The notes under the pieces were generated by a model, which did not search any database, was not told the origin of the DNA, and worked only from the letters and a program-made list of their open reading frames with translations. Shown one piece after another: positions 49,345 through 62,039 of a stretch of 64,000 bases of DNA (position 1 is the first letter of the stretch; each line of letters opens with the position of its first letter). The position numbers and the translations under genes are program-made. The stretch lies in NCBI GenBank assembly GCA_001949185.1, contig BDGG01000002.1, forward strand, positions 8,541,990 to 8,605,989, read 5' to 3'. Source of the stretch: Ramazzottius varieornatus (lineage: Eukaryota > Animalia > Tardigrada).

Positions 49345-50050
49345 ATGGTGTGATTTTCTCTGAGCAATCCGAAACATTCCAACATTTTTTGTGTTTTGTC
49401 TGGTATTGCAAATGGTGCAGCGCTGGCAATGTGGTTTTTGCCCAAGGGTTGTTTTCATTTTCCTATTATAACAAGTCTTGATTGTACGAAATAAGTTACC
49501 CGTAATCCAGCTGAAGCCACCGCAGAAGAGCGTATTATCGTGAGACCGCTCGTGGGCGATGGGGGAACGCCGCGGGCAACCTAGGGTAATCGTCGTTTGG
49601 TTCTGCGGCGAGCTGCGCAGTTTCCCAGTTCCATCACAGCTACCCGTTGTATCACAATAGCTTTCCTCCGGTTCGTCAGCTTTCAGCAGAGGCACTAACG
49701 AGTATTCGCTGGTGGTGTCCACGTCGCTTTGTGGCATGTTCCTCATGTACATTCTCTCGTTTCACCAGCGGGTAGTTTAGTTCGGCGGAAACTTTGAGTA
49801 AAAATGAGGCTTCGTTTGCCAGTGTGAATATTGGCGAACAATCATGCAGATGGTCTTTTACTTAGTATCGTGTTCTTTCGTCCTAGCGAAGCATTTTCAA
49901 GCACGAGCCGTCGTCCTTCTCAAGTGCCCAGCCAAAAGTCCGTGGTACATACGTATACGCTAAATAGTACTTGTGATGGAACACAAGTGCTCTTTACTGA
50001 TACATCATTTCCTGAGAAGGGTATGCACCCACGCTAGATGAAGTCAGATT

Positions 50051-51607
50051 TCATCGTGCTGCACACTTTAGAGCAGTTTTGAAACAGGAGCGAAAACGCT
50101 TGGAGAGAAGGGTATACAAGAAAGGGTTGACGCAGCAGTTGAGGAATATCATGCATTTGGTGAAGAGAACGTACCACAGGTTCAGCCAGGGCTCTTCAAC
50201 CACGCTGTTGTAAACCAGCAGACCGCGAAAAGGTAACCAGCACACACCAAACAACAACACCGTCGCCACCAGTATGTGTAGACTCTGAAAGGTTCGGAAA
50301 CCAACAGACTTTAAACATTAACTGCAGCAAGTATTGATCGAGTTGCTTAATGCTTTGACTAATGGTGCCGGTAGTATCATCCACTTAGGTCTGAATCACT
50401 CTAACCTGCGACACGCTACGTCGACTGAGAGGCCTTGTTGACTGGGCAGTGATGCCACTTTGTATGCTTGTCCTGGAAATGAGCGCAATGCTCCTGGGAC
50501 CAGATCCTCCTGCACGCAATCTCTCGCCGGAATGGCTTCGCCGCGCAAAGCATCTGATGGAGGCGCTTTTCCTTCGGATCGATGTTGCGCTACTGGCCGA
50601 CAGCTGGCTCCTGCCGCTGGCTGTCCTGTCCGGCAGACTTCTCATGACACGGCCGATGTTCCAGTATGCGAATATGGCAATCAGCAAGGGGACGATGTAG
50701 AACAAGAGCAAATCGGTGCCGAAGACAATGGAGTAAACACTGGCCGGAACAGATATCTGGCACTGCACCAGCTCTGGACTGAGTTCGTCCGAATGCGTTT
50801 GCGCCATAGCGAACCAAGGACTGCAGTACAGAGCTGCAGCCAGCCAACAACACCCAATAATCCGCCCGGTTCGTTCTAGCGTGCAAACCTGCTTGGCCAA
50901 GAGTGGGCGACACACAGCAATGTAGCGTTCTACTGTATACGCCGCCATACTACGGAAAAGAAGAGATTGAGAGGGTAAGGGACGTACCAAGGCCGACTAA
51001 CTACGGGCAATGAAATGCGCATAATTTTCACCTGAGAGTTCCGACAGTTATGCTGAAGAAGTTGATAAAGATGAAAACAGTACACACGACGGATCCCGCA
51101 AACCATAGACCACTGGACAGAGTGTATCTGCCAAACGATAGAATATATGCACTAATCGCTGGGCTTTAGTTTGACAAGCAAATCCAAATAGCCCATACGT
51201 ACACGATTCCTTCCGGGACAGCGGAGCATATTACCAGAAGATCCGCGCACGCTAGTGACGCCTGCAATTAGGTTCGACCGATGAACCATTTATCCCTGGG
51301 CATACATTATTTTCACCGCTGTCTTAAAAGTATATCATTTCATCGAGTCGGCCAGAGGCTCAAATTCACTTACCAAGTAGGCGTAGGCGGACGTGTGCAA
51401 AGAACGTGAACTGTAGATGGTGAAAATCAGCAGCGAATTTCCAGTGAAACCCAGAACAAAAATGAGGCCGTAGGCAACGGTAGCGCATGTTTTGTACAGC
51501 TCCTCGAACGGTTGGAAATATAGATCCGTATGGGTAAGGTCGCTGCCCGTGATATTCATGCCGACGCTTAAAGGGGACAATCCTTGCAAATTCTGTTCAG
51601 CGTTCAT
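50051..51607 (-). CDS. TRHR: Thyrotropin-releasing hormone receptor-like GPCR (protostome TRH/EFLamide-type), multi-exon
   Basis: GFTGN, SLACADLLV, AYTVERYIAVCRP, YCSPWF, DLLLFYIVPL, CWLPFRGLLVYNS, WYVLFTKCMIFLNCCVNPFLY. Confidence 0.85.
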
Positions 51608-52479
51608 CTGGATCCGTACAAAGCGAACCGCAGAGAAGACGCGGGTCAGGAACTCGAATGCTGCATGCAGAGGACAAATGTAGTGCGGAGCTGCATACAG
51701 ACAGGATTGGAAATGTGTGGAAAGTTCTTTCTGGATGCCTAAACTTCAGCTGGCCCAGCACGGAGCCCCGTTACAACCGTTAATTAGCAAGGGGCTTCAA
51801 CTCGTAAATAACGAGCACTAAAAAACCAGGGTGGCAGAATCGAGCTGCAGCGCCTAAGACAGCGCGAAGCTGGAACATGCACAGAACGTGCATCCTACCG
51901 AGTGTAAATGTATAACTCGTCGACCATCGCTAGCTTCACTACTCGACGGTGTCGGCTTGTACCATGCCGCGCGTCCTTCACATGATTAGGTCTTTTCATC
52001 CAACTCACTCTCCTAAAAAATTCACGTTAAAACCAAACAATTCGTGGAAGACTGATATAATATGAATTGTACGCTTCAAATACCACCGTGAGTCGGCAGG
52101 AGAGCCATGAGCAACCAACTAGAGCCTTGTAATATCTGGCAGGGGTGTATGGGACAATGAGAAACGGAAACATGGGGACAGGAGACCGGCTCGATAATCA
52201 AGAAGCGCTTTCCTCCGGCTAGTATGCCTACTCATTAACTGTCTCCCCGCACCTGCCAGAGTCTTTCAAGTCCGTACAATAGCGTAATTTACAGTCTGTC
52301 GCAGCTAACTTGGCCCCGTTTAGTAGAAAAACATTTTCACTCCCTTGATCTACTCCCCCGAGGCCACAATTATGTTTCAACGATACTTTATTTAATTCTA
52401 TATCTGCTAAACCCATTTTTCGTTACTAGCAAGTTTATCGAGAAAGTTTTATGGTGGCGAAACGGACCCTTGTCAGGCT

Positions 52480-52740
52480 GAAGAAGCGGTCGGACCCGGT
52501 TTGGGCGCTTAATGTGGTTTCAGTGGATATACCACTGACAGTTGCTTTCTTGTTTACAATAGGAACACCCGGAAGAACGAACCGTGGTCCATAAAAAATT
52601 CAAACAGTTCGCCTAAAACCGTTGCGCCAACAATTGCAAACAAGTCACAGACAAAAGCTTGTTAATTGGCTCCAAATTTTCTGGGAAGACTTTTCGGATG
52701 AAAATTTTCCAGACAAGGTACTGTATTGTCGAACAGTTTG
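52480..52740 (+). mobile_element. Possible pogo-type (DDE_1) transposase C-terminal remnant
   Basis: LNVVSVDIP (cf. PLDVSVNKP) and RQKLVNWLQIFWEDFS (cf. R..V..W...W..I) in a broken frame; weak. Confidence 0.25.
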
Positions 52741-53815
52741 GATGTTGGAAAATAACCAGAGTGACACAGTATCAAACTTACTCAGGGACTGTCAGAAAAG
52801 TGGCGGACAGCAAAACGTGGCTCGTTGCGAAGCTCCCTCTACTCCGCACCAGAACGACTGACCCGCCACATTTTTGCACATTCGATGGAAGAATCCTTAG
52901 CTGTTTGTAAGGTTTGAGTTGGCTCGAACATTACTCAGTCGTACAGTACAAATACTCGTCTATATCTGTCAGAAGATTGCTTGCTTTTCCGTCGAATGTA
53001 CGCTTCACGACCTGGCTTTTACGGAAAGGGGAGACATACTGGGAAAACCGAAGACGGAACAGTTTATGGCACATTTTGCCTGCCCTGTCACTTTGAGATT
53101 CATAACTTTAACTTGAACGTTAAGAGCTTCTTCCACGTGAGTATTAATGAGACGCGATCTGGCAAACCTACTGGTAAAGTTTTTGGACGCTCTTATTGTA
53201 ACAGGTGTTTTGGGTGCCGAAATGAATTTGTGATCGGAATTTCTCCCAAGGGTCTGGCTTTGGTGGGTTGTTTCCCTTGATATCTCAGAACAGAGCCAAG
53301 TACAGTATCTGCTGGGTGTAATGAAGAAACAGAAAGCTGAATTGTAGTGACGGGGAATTTCCCCGAGAAAGAAAACTGTCAGAGTGACCACTTGGCTGTG
53401 ACAGACTGTACTCACGCTGGGAACTCCCGCGTTCAGCTTTGAGGACGCCTGTCGGGAAGACAACATTTACGGTGAGAGTGCGCGTCCAAGTTTCGATAAG
53501 TTGCACTTTCGACAGAGAAATTCGATAGACGAACGTTCAAACGTAACCACTGCATTAAAAATGTTGTGAGCATGTTTTTTCAGCATTTTCACATGCAGTC
53601 GTTTCGTTTAAACGTTCATCGAATTCCACTGCTGAAAGTTCAACTTCCCTAACTACAACGTTACCCAGCAGGCTGACAGTAAAATGTGAAAATCGACAAC
53701 GTGACTGAGTTTGCCAAAGAGTCTTCTACTAATAACGTAATGAAACTGGATTTGGTATCCGTATATTTTTAACTTCAAACAGTAGTGCACTACCTTTATA
53801 GAATTAATGTACATA

Positions 53816-53978
53816 CTGTATTCCTCCGATATCTTTGCGAGCCCCGTTACTCGTGGCGTCACTTACTGGATGTAGGTCATCCATACATACGTCCCCATCC
53901 TAGGGGGCGCCACGTCATGTACGTTTCCTAGGGGGCGCCATGAGTATGAGGCTTCGGGGAGATATCGGGGGAATACAG
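53816..53978. mobile_element. MITE with CTGTA termini carrying a duplicated CCTAGGGGGCGCCA motif
   Basis: TA-ctgtattcctccgatatct...agatatcgggggaatacag-TA; 14-mer at 53899 and 53927. Confidence 0.8.
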
Positions 53979-54034
53979 TACTAAAATATGAAACGCGCAT
54001 TTGGTTTATGTACAGGCAGGTACTGCAAGCTTGT

Positions 54035-55186
54035 TCAACTCACTGGACTTGACGATGCCAGAGTTGCGCGGATTTTGTGCACAGACAAAAAAGCTACAAT
54101 GACACCAACAAATTGCAGCAAGGAAATGGTCATGCCGATGCCAGCGACCTGCGCCATATAAAGCTTAACATCTTCACGCACTAAAGCCGCGCACCCTCTT
54201 TGATACAGCGGACAGATCCTACTCGTATTCAGATGGATGCTGGAAGCGGCAAGTTCAAGGTCCAGGACACTGGGTTTACAGCTGATAATATCTAGAAAAC
54301 CACGGGGACAACTTCCGTTGCGGCTGGCGTTGAAGTCTCCCGGCAGTTCCTGCTTATGGGCATCCAGCGGGTACAGCGTCTGATTGCAACAGGATACCGG
54401 TATCATATGGACACTGGTAGCATTGAACCAATCCAAATAGCTATCCGCACCGCAACAGTGTAGCTGGAGAGAAGCAAACAAGTTTTAAAACCATGCGAAT
54501 TCGCTGCAATATCGGGTCGAGATACCGCCGAAATTGTTTGTACCCTGGTTTGAAGTTTCTGCCATGTCGCGTAGCTGAAACCGTGTATGGTGTTGTTTCC
54601 CAGATGAATCAACGAGGTACGCATGTTCACCACCACTGTTTCCGACATCTGAGATGGAACAGTCGTTATCGAGTCAAAGACTGAACAAAGTTCAGTAGTA
54701 GGATTACCCGGTGTCGCTTGGCGTATGACTCAATCGCACCACTGAGCGCTGCGATGAACGTCATCCCCAATAGTAGGCTGAACTGAAACAGAAGCGCTAT
54801 ATTTGGTTGACGTCTTCTGGATACCACCGGAGGTCATATGGATAATGGGCCCTACCATCGTCAGCATGCAGGGGTTGGCTCTTGCTGCGCCACATATCCC
54901 GATACCCGAGGCAGTTACCACCGCCATCCCGACGAAGATGAAGAGCGTCGGTAAGGACATGAAACCACTTTCCAACCAGGCCAGGTAGCGGGAGTACAAC
55001 CTATGACCGACAGAGCCGACGCCAACCAGCGCCGCTCCGGAAACCTGAAGAACGAAAAAACACTAGTGCGTCTGTTGCTTAAAAAAACTAGTCATGGTGC
55101 AGGATTCAGCTCACCAAGAAGATTACCGCCAGACCCAGCATGGCCCATCTCCACTTATCTAACGGTGATGTTTTCTGCACTCCCAT
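54035..55186 (-). CDS. Tetraspanin, multi-exon
   Basis: MGVQK...AMLGLAVIFL (TM1), GICGAARANPCML (TM2-3), LHCCGADSYLDW, IPVSCC, YQRGC, TM4. Confidence 0.88.
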
Positions 55187-56377
55187 AGGTAGGCATGAAT
55201 ACCCACAATGGTGTACGACGTTACCACTGAAGATAAATGGAAGTTGCCCTTTCGTTCGAGTAGCGGGAAGCAGGTATGGATCTCAAACCAGCATTCACAG
55301 AACAAAGAATTCCCGGATAGTTGTCACTTGGAGTCATTCATATCCACGCGTACGCTTAACGCTACAAAGGCTGTTAGAACTTCGCCAGTACTCGTACCAC
55401 AATTGTGCTCACAAGTTATAACAGGCAGACAATCACATACTGAATTGTTAGCTAGGAACCTCCACAAGGTTATCAGGAGAAAAATGATAAAGACCTTGTA
55501 CAACTGGTGCAGGCTGGCTAAAGGCCAGATGAGCGACCAAAGTTTTACTTTGACTTCCTCATACTGGGCATACGCTTGTAGCCCGGGCTATTGCTAATCT
55601 GTAGTGTGGCCACACCAGCTTCGTACAACCACGCGAAAAATTCCGTCTGACTTTCTACGCACGTTACATCGTTTACCACTATTTTTGCGTAAGAGCCTGA
55701 ATTCTCTTCCAAGTCCTTGGTGGAAGCTGGGGACGTAACCGGCATTGATGTTTAGAATCCTTCGGATTTGCGAGTAAACACTCGGCGTAGCAGTTTGAAA
55801 AGCTCAACGCGTATGTGATGCAGCAGCAACAGCAAGAGGTTCATGATGCAGTTGAATGGGCATACGATCATGCTTAAGGATATGACCGTATCGAGAACGT
55901 CGGTAATCAGTGAGGTACTTGCTCGCGCATGTCGCCCTCGAGACTTGTGGTACGTCAAAGGGGATGAAATCTATCAACTGGCACGTTAACGACAGAATGA
56001 CCGGGTCGTGTGCGGAAATGTCAGCGCGATGAGCCTTCTGGGCTGCTCCCTCCACAGGTGATCTGATCGGCGGAAACGCAATACCACCGGTTATACCGGC
56101 TCTTCAGACTGTACATTTTCAAATGGCACGGTCATCTGGACAGAAGACTGCGCTTGGAACTGTTCGTCAGAGTACCGAGTTCATATTCTGTAGGTGCGCA
56201 ATCTGGCGACATGCACATGCATACTGCCTCGCCACGCTAAGTTAAGCAACAGATGATATCTCTATTGCCTAGCGTACGCTAACGAGTAGAAACTCCGCGT
56301 CCGCTGCTCGTAACTCAAAAACTTGCGATGGTAGTATGATTCTGAAGAATAGACGCTTTCCCCAGAAAAGAAGAGTA

Positions 56378-56722
56378 CAGTCATTGTCATTGGTCATGGC
56401 CACCCCATAGTTTTCCTTCGCTCCATCATATCTTTCGATCCTGTTGTCTGATTCCCGATCTTCAAAGAGTATCATGTAGGAGACTCTTTAGACTCTCCGA
56501 TCACGTGACAGACCGGTCCCCTTTTCAACCAATCAACCGATTAGGTTGCTGGTTCGGACCAGGAAATAAGGGCAATTTTTGGCTCTCGCTCCCACGTCCT
56601 GTGACAGGTCGATGAAAAAGCCAAACCGACCAGAATGAAGCAGAAAAAATCTTNNNNNNNNNNNNNNNNNNNNNNNNNNNNNNNNNNNNNNNNNNNNNNN
56701 NNNTGACCAATGACAGTGACTG
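56378..56722. mobile_element. Tc1/mariner-like TIR element spanning an assembly gap
   Basis: TA-CAGTCATTGTCATTGGTCA at 56376-56396 is mirrored by TGACCAATGACAGTGACTG-TA at 56704-56724. Confidence 0.6.
56654..56703. other. Assembly gap (50 N)
   Basis: Run of n. Confidence 1.
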
Positions 56723-57880
56723 TACCTCGCAAAATTGGGAGCAAAGTGTATCTCGTACTTCAGTTAGCGCAGGACAAGTAGCCAGGGTAAACTTATCTCA
56801 ACCGGCGCATAGGTGGCCGAGCGCTGGATTTGCGCCGGTACCCAGGTTGCTGATGCACTCGCAAGCAGTTTGGACCTTTGAATTTTGGACGATGTAATCT
56901 CACTTCCGTCACGTCTGCTCCTGCTGGAATTATCATCAGAATTTTGCCCCATCTTTGTTCGCTCCTTTCTGTCCTGTCCGCTGCTCTGCTCTTAGCTGAT
57001 ATCTTAAAAACATCAAGTGAAGTCGCCGCGACATTTCCCGTTACCATGCGCACTCAACTGAGCTGGACATGTCTGCCGTTGGCGAGCGACTGCCGTTTTC
57101 TGGATGCTTGAGATCTTTGATATTAGTGAGAGATTTCTCATGGTTTGTCGCTTCGTGAAGAATTCTAGGCTGGAATTAACCTGACGGTTCTGCTATCAGA
57201 GGTGAACGTGCCGTTGCACTTGATTTTCCTCTCTCTGAAACATGCTCTCTTGACGGCTATTAAGTTCTAACCTTATTAGCATATATCTTAAGAATATCTT
57301 CCTTCTCTTTTAATAAGAATAACGTGCATTTCCATAGGATGACAAGAAATACCAGAGCTATCTTTCTGGCCTGGAGAAATCTGTTTTGCGGAATAGAACT
57401 CGCACCGGTTAGAATAGACCTCGCGCTCATGAATCCACCTGTTGAAAAGTCCCGACTTCCATATTCCGTCGAAAATGAAACGTTTTGTACTGCAGGCACC
57501 TTGTGCGCACCATTACAGTACCAACAACTAGCTAAACAGATTCGGATGGGGAGGAAGCAGCAAAAACGGTTGTGGTTTTGGAAAAGGTGGTCAAAAGTCA
57601 CCGCTGAACGGGAAGATTAGACAGCGGTGAACAAAAACATACGACCTGTTAGGAAGTATCTTAACATCACGCGGTTGACCGCCGGACTGTCATGTCACTG
57701 CCTGACATAACAGCCTCTCAACCGACCACCAACTTGGCCAGATGTTTCGACGAAAGACCGCCAGCAAGCTCCAGAGTCGAGACGAACACCAGCATGGCGG
57801 ATTTCGAAGACCTGGAAGAGATGAACCTTGATGATCACGATTATCACGAATAGTTTAACAATCTGGTTTAATTAAGACAT

Positions 57881-58033
57881 TGCGACCGAAGGTCCGACTC
57901 TCACATGTAAGCGAAACTCTCACAGGCCGACGTCATTGTTGTCGTTTATCTCGAAACAGCCAAGCAGAGAAACGACAACAATGTCGATTTGTGAGAGCCC
58001 TACTCACATGTGACAGTCGGACCTTCGGTCGCA
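57881..58033. mobile_element. Foldback MITE (near-complete palindrome)
   Basis: tgcgaccgaaggtccgactctcacatgt...acatgtgacagtcggaccttcggtcgca, with inner arms cattgttgtcgttt/aaacgacaacaatg. Confidence 0.8.
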
Positions 58034-58067
58034 CTCTTGAATATCGTGCGAAAACTTGATTCACGTC

Positions 58068-58290
58068 TAGCGCTGGCAAAAAATACGATAAAATTCGATA
58101 CGATATTTTTCGATACAACATCGGCGGATATTTTTTGCGGTCTTCGATATTCAATCGATATCAATATTTCGATACGATATTTTTCCGATACCGTATTTTC
58201 GATATATCGTATCATATCGCGGCGATATATCGTATCATATCGCGGCGATATATCGATATTTTTAGAATTTTAGTTTTTCGGAATACCACT
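58068..58290. repeat. CGATA/TATCG-rich degenerate minisatellite
   Basis: Many cgata/tatcg motifs and a perfect 23-bp tandem duplication cgatatatcgtatcatatcgcgg (58200-58250). Confidence 0.7.
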
Positions 58291-59737
58291 GGTTCAAGCC
58301 AAAGAAATCGGCTTCAAGCATCGACGCGTTGAGTAAAAGTCGACTGCAGAGAAACCGTGACGTCAAATTGTGACATCACATGCATCTATGTGAGAACAGG
58401 CAGCCTATGACTGGTCGGCCGTTCTGTGTCGTGCTGGATCGGTTGGCTTTCCATTTCCGGTCCAGTTTTCGTTTATTTCCGGAACGATGGTATGACGTTT
58501 CCGGTTTTTCGTTTTTATCTGCTGAAAGCCGGATGATTTGTCTACCTGTAGGTAGGTTTTATAAAAAAAACGTTCGCGAAATCGGCAGACTGACTGATTG
58601 TCTAAATTGGACAGACATACCTAATTTCTAGAATATTTACAAATACAACAGTATTGGTCTATCGGGAATACAATGTTTTTTGTCAAGTATATAAAAGATA
58701 ATAAATATTGACATATAAGTATCGAATTTTTAAACCTTGGAAAAACAAACATTGTTAGTTGCCGTCGCGAAATTGAGTTGTATTGGGTGTTACAGCAGAA
58801 ATTGGCCAGTGTTATGAAATATATGAAGCCATCAATCACCAAGTGCCCTGCTTGATTTGAATTCCTTTATAGAATCTTTGCTGACTAACGATACATTTTA
58901 TTACCGTTACTAATGATACTCTTTATTCACATAGTGAGATAAATATGTGCCGGCGGGCTCACAGTCCATTCTTTTCTTTGTTTCTTCTCGTCGAGTATCA
59001 CCAGTTGCTTCCGTGATGACGAAGTTGGCACAAGCTAGAAATCATTGGTATTTTCCACGCGTAAAATGTGGCTTACTCCGTAGTGGTTTCCAGCCGACGT
59101 TAATCTCTCTCCGAAAGCATGTGGAACTCCTTTATGTTTGCCTGCACGAATATCGGTTAGTGTCGAAAAATACGTCATTTTCATTTTTCCTCGTCACAAG
59201 ATCCGCATCAACTTGTTTTCCTGTGTCTGTCAATAATACACGTTCCTGTTGCTTTGCCTTTGACGTCATTCGACTGCACGGTCGCTACTGTTTCGTCCTA
59301 GGAAATAGGCATGTTTCGGTATACTGTACAGTTTTTTTCTCGTGATTGCGTTTACCAAACAGGTTTTTGCCATTTCCGGCTTGTTACGGTTTTTTCCAAA
59401 CACCGTCGTAAGTCTCAAGCGTCCGAATATAAGCTGGTGTGCTGTTCTTTCTTTGTGTAGTTTATATTATTGTTCAGCAGATTCTGGTTGAGAATCTACT
59501 TACAGCTGATTCACTGCCCACAGCGGATCGCGTACTAGCTGTTGAGTTTCAAGCCTACGCTCGTTCCGCTGCTGTACCTGTCGGATACATTTGTTAGAAA
59601 TCCACTGTTCGGAACAGTATACGTAAGTAGTTATAAATGTGTCCGTTAGTCCGTGTGAGTGGTGATATAGACATTCGATGTTACGGCGATTTTTTTGTTT
59701 CTGCTCTTATGACACAACGCGCTTATCATCGTAGAAG

Positions 59738-59980
59738 ATGCTGAGTTGGAAAACTCCAATTACCTTCGTGTGCCTCGTGGCTTTACTGTCCATATTCCCG
59801 ATCGTAACTGATGGCGCTTTTTCTGTGCAGAAGCGCGCTGCCACTTGTGAGGTCGAAAGTAGCTACAAGAGAGACTGCGGCTGGTATGGGATCAATCAAG
59901 AACAGTGCGAGGGAAGAGGATGTTGCTTCCGGCTTGACTCGCATTTTCAATGCTACTACTTTGCCAACACCGGCAGATAG
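59738..59980 (+). CDS. Small secreted single trefoil (P-type) domain peptide (80 aa)
   Basis: Signal peptide, KR, then CEV....RDCGWYGINQEQCEGRGCCF......CYY (6-Cys trefoil pattern), ending GR-stop. Confidence 0.85.
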   Translation: MLSWKTPITFVCLVALLSIFPIVTDGAFSVQKRAATCEVESSYKRDCGWYGINQEQCEGRGCCFRLDSHFQCYYFANTGR

Positions 59981-62039
59981 TTTTATGCCGCTTCCGATTT
60001 CTTCCATTCTCTTTGTCCTTGTCTGATAAGGACCGGATATGCTACCTATTCATGCTACTTTCCTAAAAGAATGACAGTCAGTTCGTGTGCTCGATCTTAC
60101 AATGAAGTACCGGGAGACTAACAACTGCTTAATCGGCGTAGTAATGATATGAAGCATTGATCGATGGATCAGAAATCCGATACCATGAAGGGCACGTTCC
60201 AACACGGAGGGTTAGCGAGCCAGCTTGTCGCTCTTTTCGAAATTATTTCTTTACTTCCCCACAGTGTAAACTTTGGACACTATTCTTGAAAAGAATTGCC
60301 CAAAGGATAAACTTTAACGGTATCTTGCTGGATGGCAGATTGCGTTCAACTCGAGTTTTGCGGTTAGATGCTATAATCTCGCCCCCCCCCGCAAGTTTGC
60401 GCTGTGCGAAGCAGCAAAGCAGAAGCGTTTTGTGAGATGAAGAAGAAGGTAACGTTGTTACCGCAGGCCGAATTCCGACCTTCCTGGCAAGCAGTAAAAT
60501 ATATGAATCAAACGCACTGAAAAGCATTTAATCTCAGCTAGTGGATATTTGTTTGTTTTTCATCTGCTCAAGGTAACATTTAGGGAAATTTAGGGAAATT
60601 CTTTGGTTCTTCTTCTTTGTGATGCGTGCACGGTAGTAGGCCTACTCTTCAGTGGCTGAAGTGCTTGATGCTTTTGGAAAAGTCTCCAGCGAGTCATGCA
60701 GACGTCTGAAAGCCTCTGAGGAAATAGAGAAGTGACGAAGTTTGTCTGTAACTTCGGTGCAGAGTAAGAATAGCCTTAGCACCACCCGATTCGGGTCTAC
60801 GATCCCGGTGTCCATCATCTTTCGACGTCGTTATTCAGGGAAGCGAACCTATCGAACCCGGGGTCGTCGCTCCAGGCCCAACTGACAATCATATCAGACT
60901 GCGTGACTGTTCTGGAGTAAATGATTCGTACACACCTGACACCACCTGCTGCGCTGGTTCTGAACTAGTTTTTAGTAACACAAGTTCGGAAACGGAACTG
61001 CGATTCTTGTTTGTCGTCTTCAAGGCCGAAAAGCATTTAAACTGCTCAAAATGAGGGAATTTCTAGTTTTAATTTTCAAGTTCGACTCTACGAATTTCGG
61101 TTTACTTACTTTGAAATCATTTTTCTTTTATCCCTCCCTGAAACTCTCAACAAGAAGAATCCTTCCTGATTGTGGCTACTACTAAATCTTGGATATTTGT
61201 TTTAATGTTTCATGGCGTTGTTGTGGAACTGGGGTTAGTGTGAGCTTGAAATTGATAGGTTGGGATCGCTTGCGGCATGAAGGTAAAACATATGGAGTAA
61301 ATGGGTCGTATCCCAAAGGAAGGAGTCAAGCAGGTTGCAACATTGTCTTCGGCCTAGTTCAGGGGATGAGACGGGTAAACGTAACTAACATCTGCAAATA
61401 ATTACGATACATGGAGCTCTGTCATATTTTCAATCCCAGCTAGAAATGGGACCTGCCGAAAAGGATATTGAAAGGAGGCCGACCACGGTTTCAAAGATAC
61501 TTTGTCAACCTTGCGATAACGAGATTTAACTGTATATTTTGGCCACTTTTTATAACGTGAAAGACAGAAAGCCGGAACCGTGTAGCTGACGTGGCGAGCA
61601 GATGGTTTCTGTACTTGTAGTTCACTAGCAACAACCAGGATAAGAAAGTGAAGTTAACGTGAACGGCAGATGATGTAATTGCTTTCGGACGTATATCAGT
61701 ACCGAGACAAAAACGTGGAAGAAACCTTTCAAAAGAATTGGCGAAACAATTAAAGCGTATATAGAAAATAAGGCATGGTACCGTGCAGGAACACATGGCA
61801 AACACGCGAATCTCAGATACCGTTACGAATATCTGAACGAATTATACAAGCGTTCAGCTACTTTGATAATCACATGAATTATCCAAATAGAAGTTAGTTC
61901 CTGATGTACACTTTGATTCATTCTAGAAGAGGACGTACTGTACTGGACGTAGTTTTACACGGACAGTATCGGAATCCCGACGAGCTGAGAGTTTTGACAC
62001 CTTCCTCAATCATGAGACGCTTGTTCTGGTGCCGTAACT

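Noticed and set aside
52228-52416. piggyBac-like GGVD motif (HNCGLGGVDQ)
   Set aside because: Single short match with no supporting flanking homology.
55545-56480. Possible decayed coding sequence on the minus strand
   Set aside because: No recognisable motif or consistent frame.
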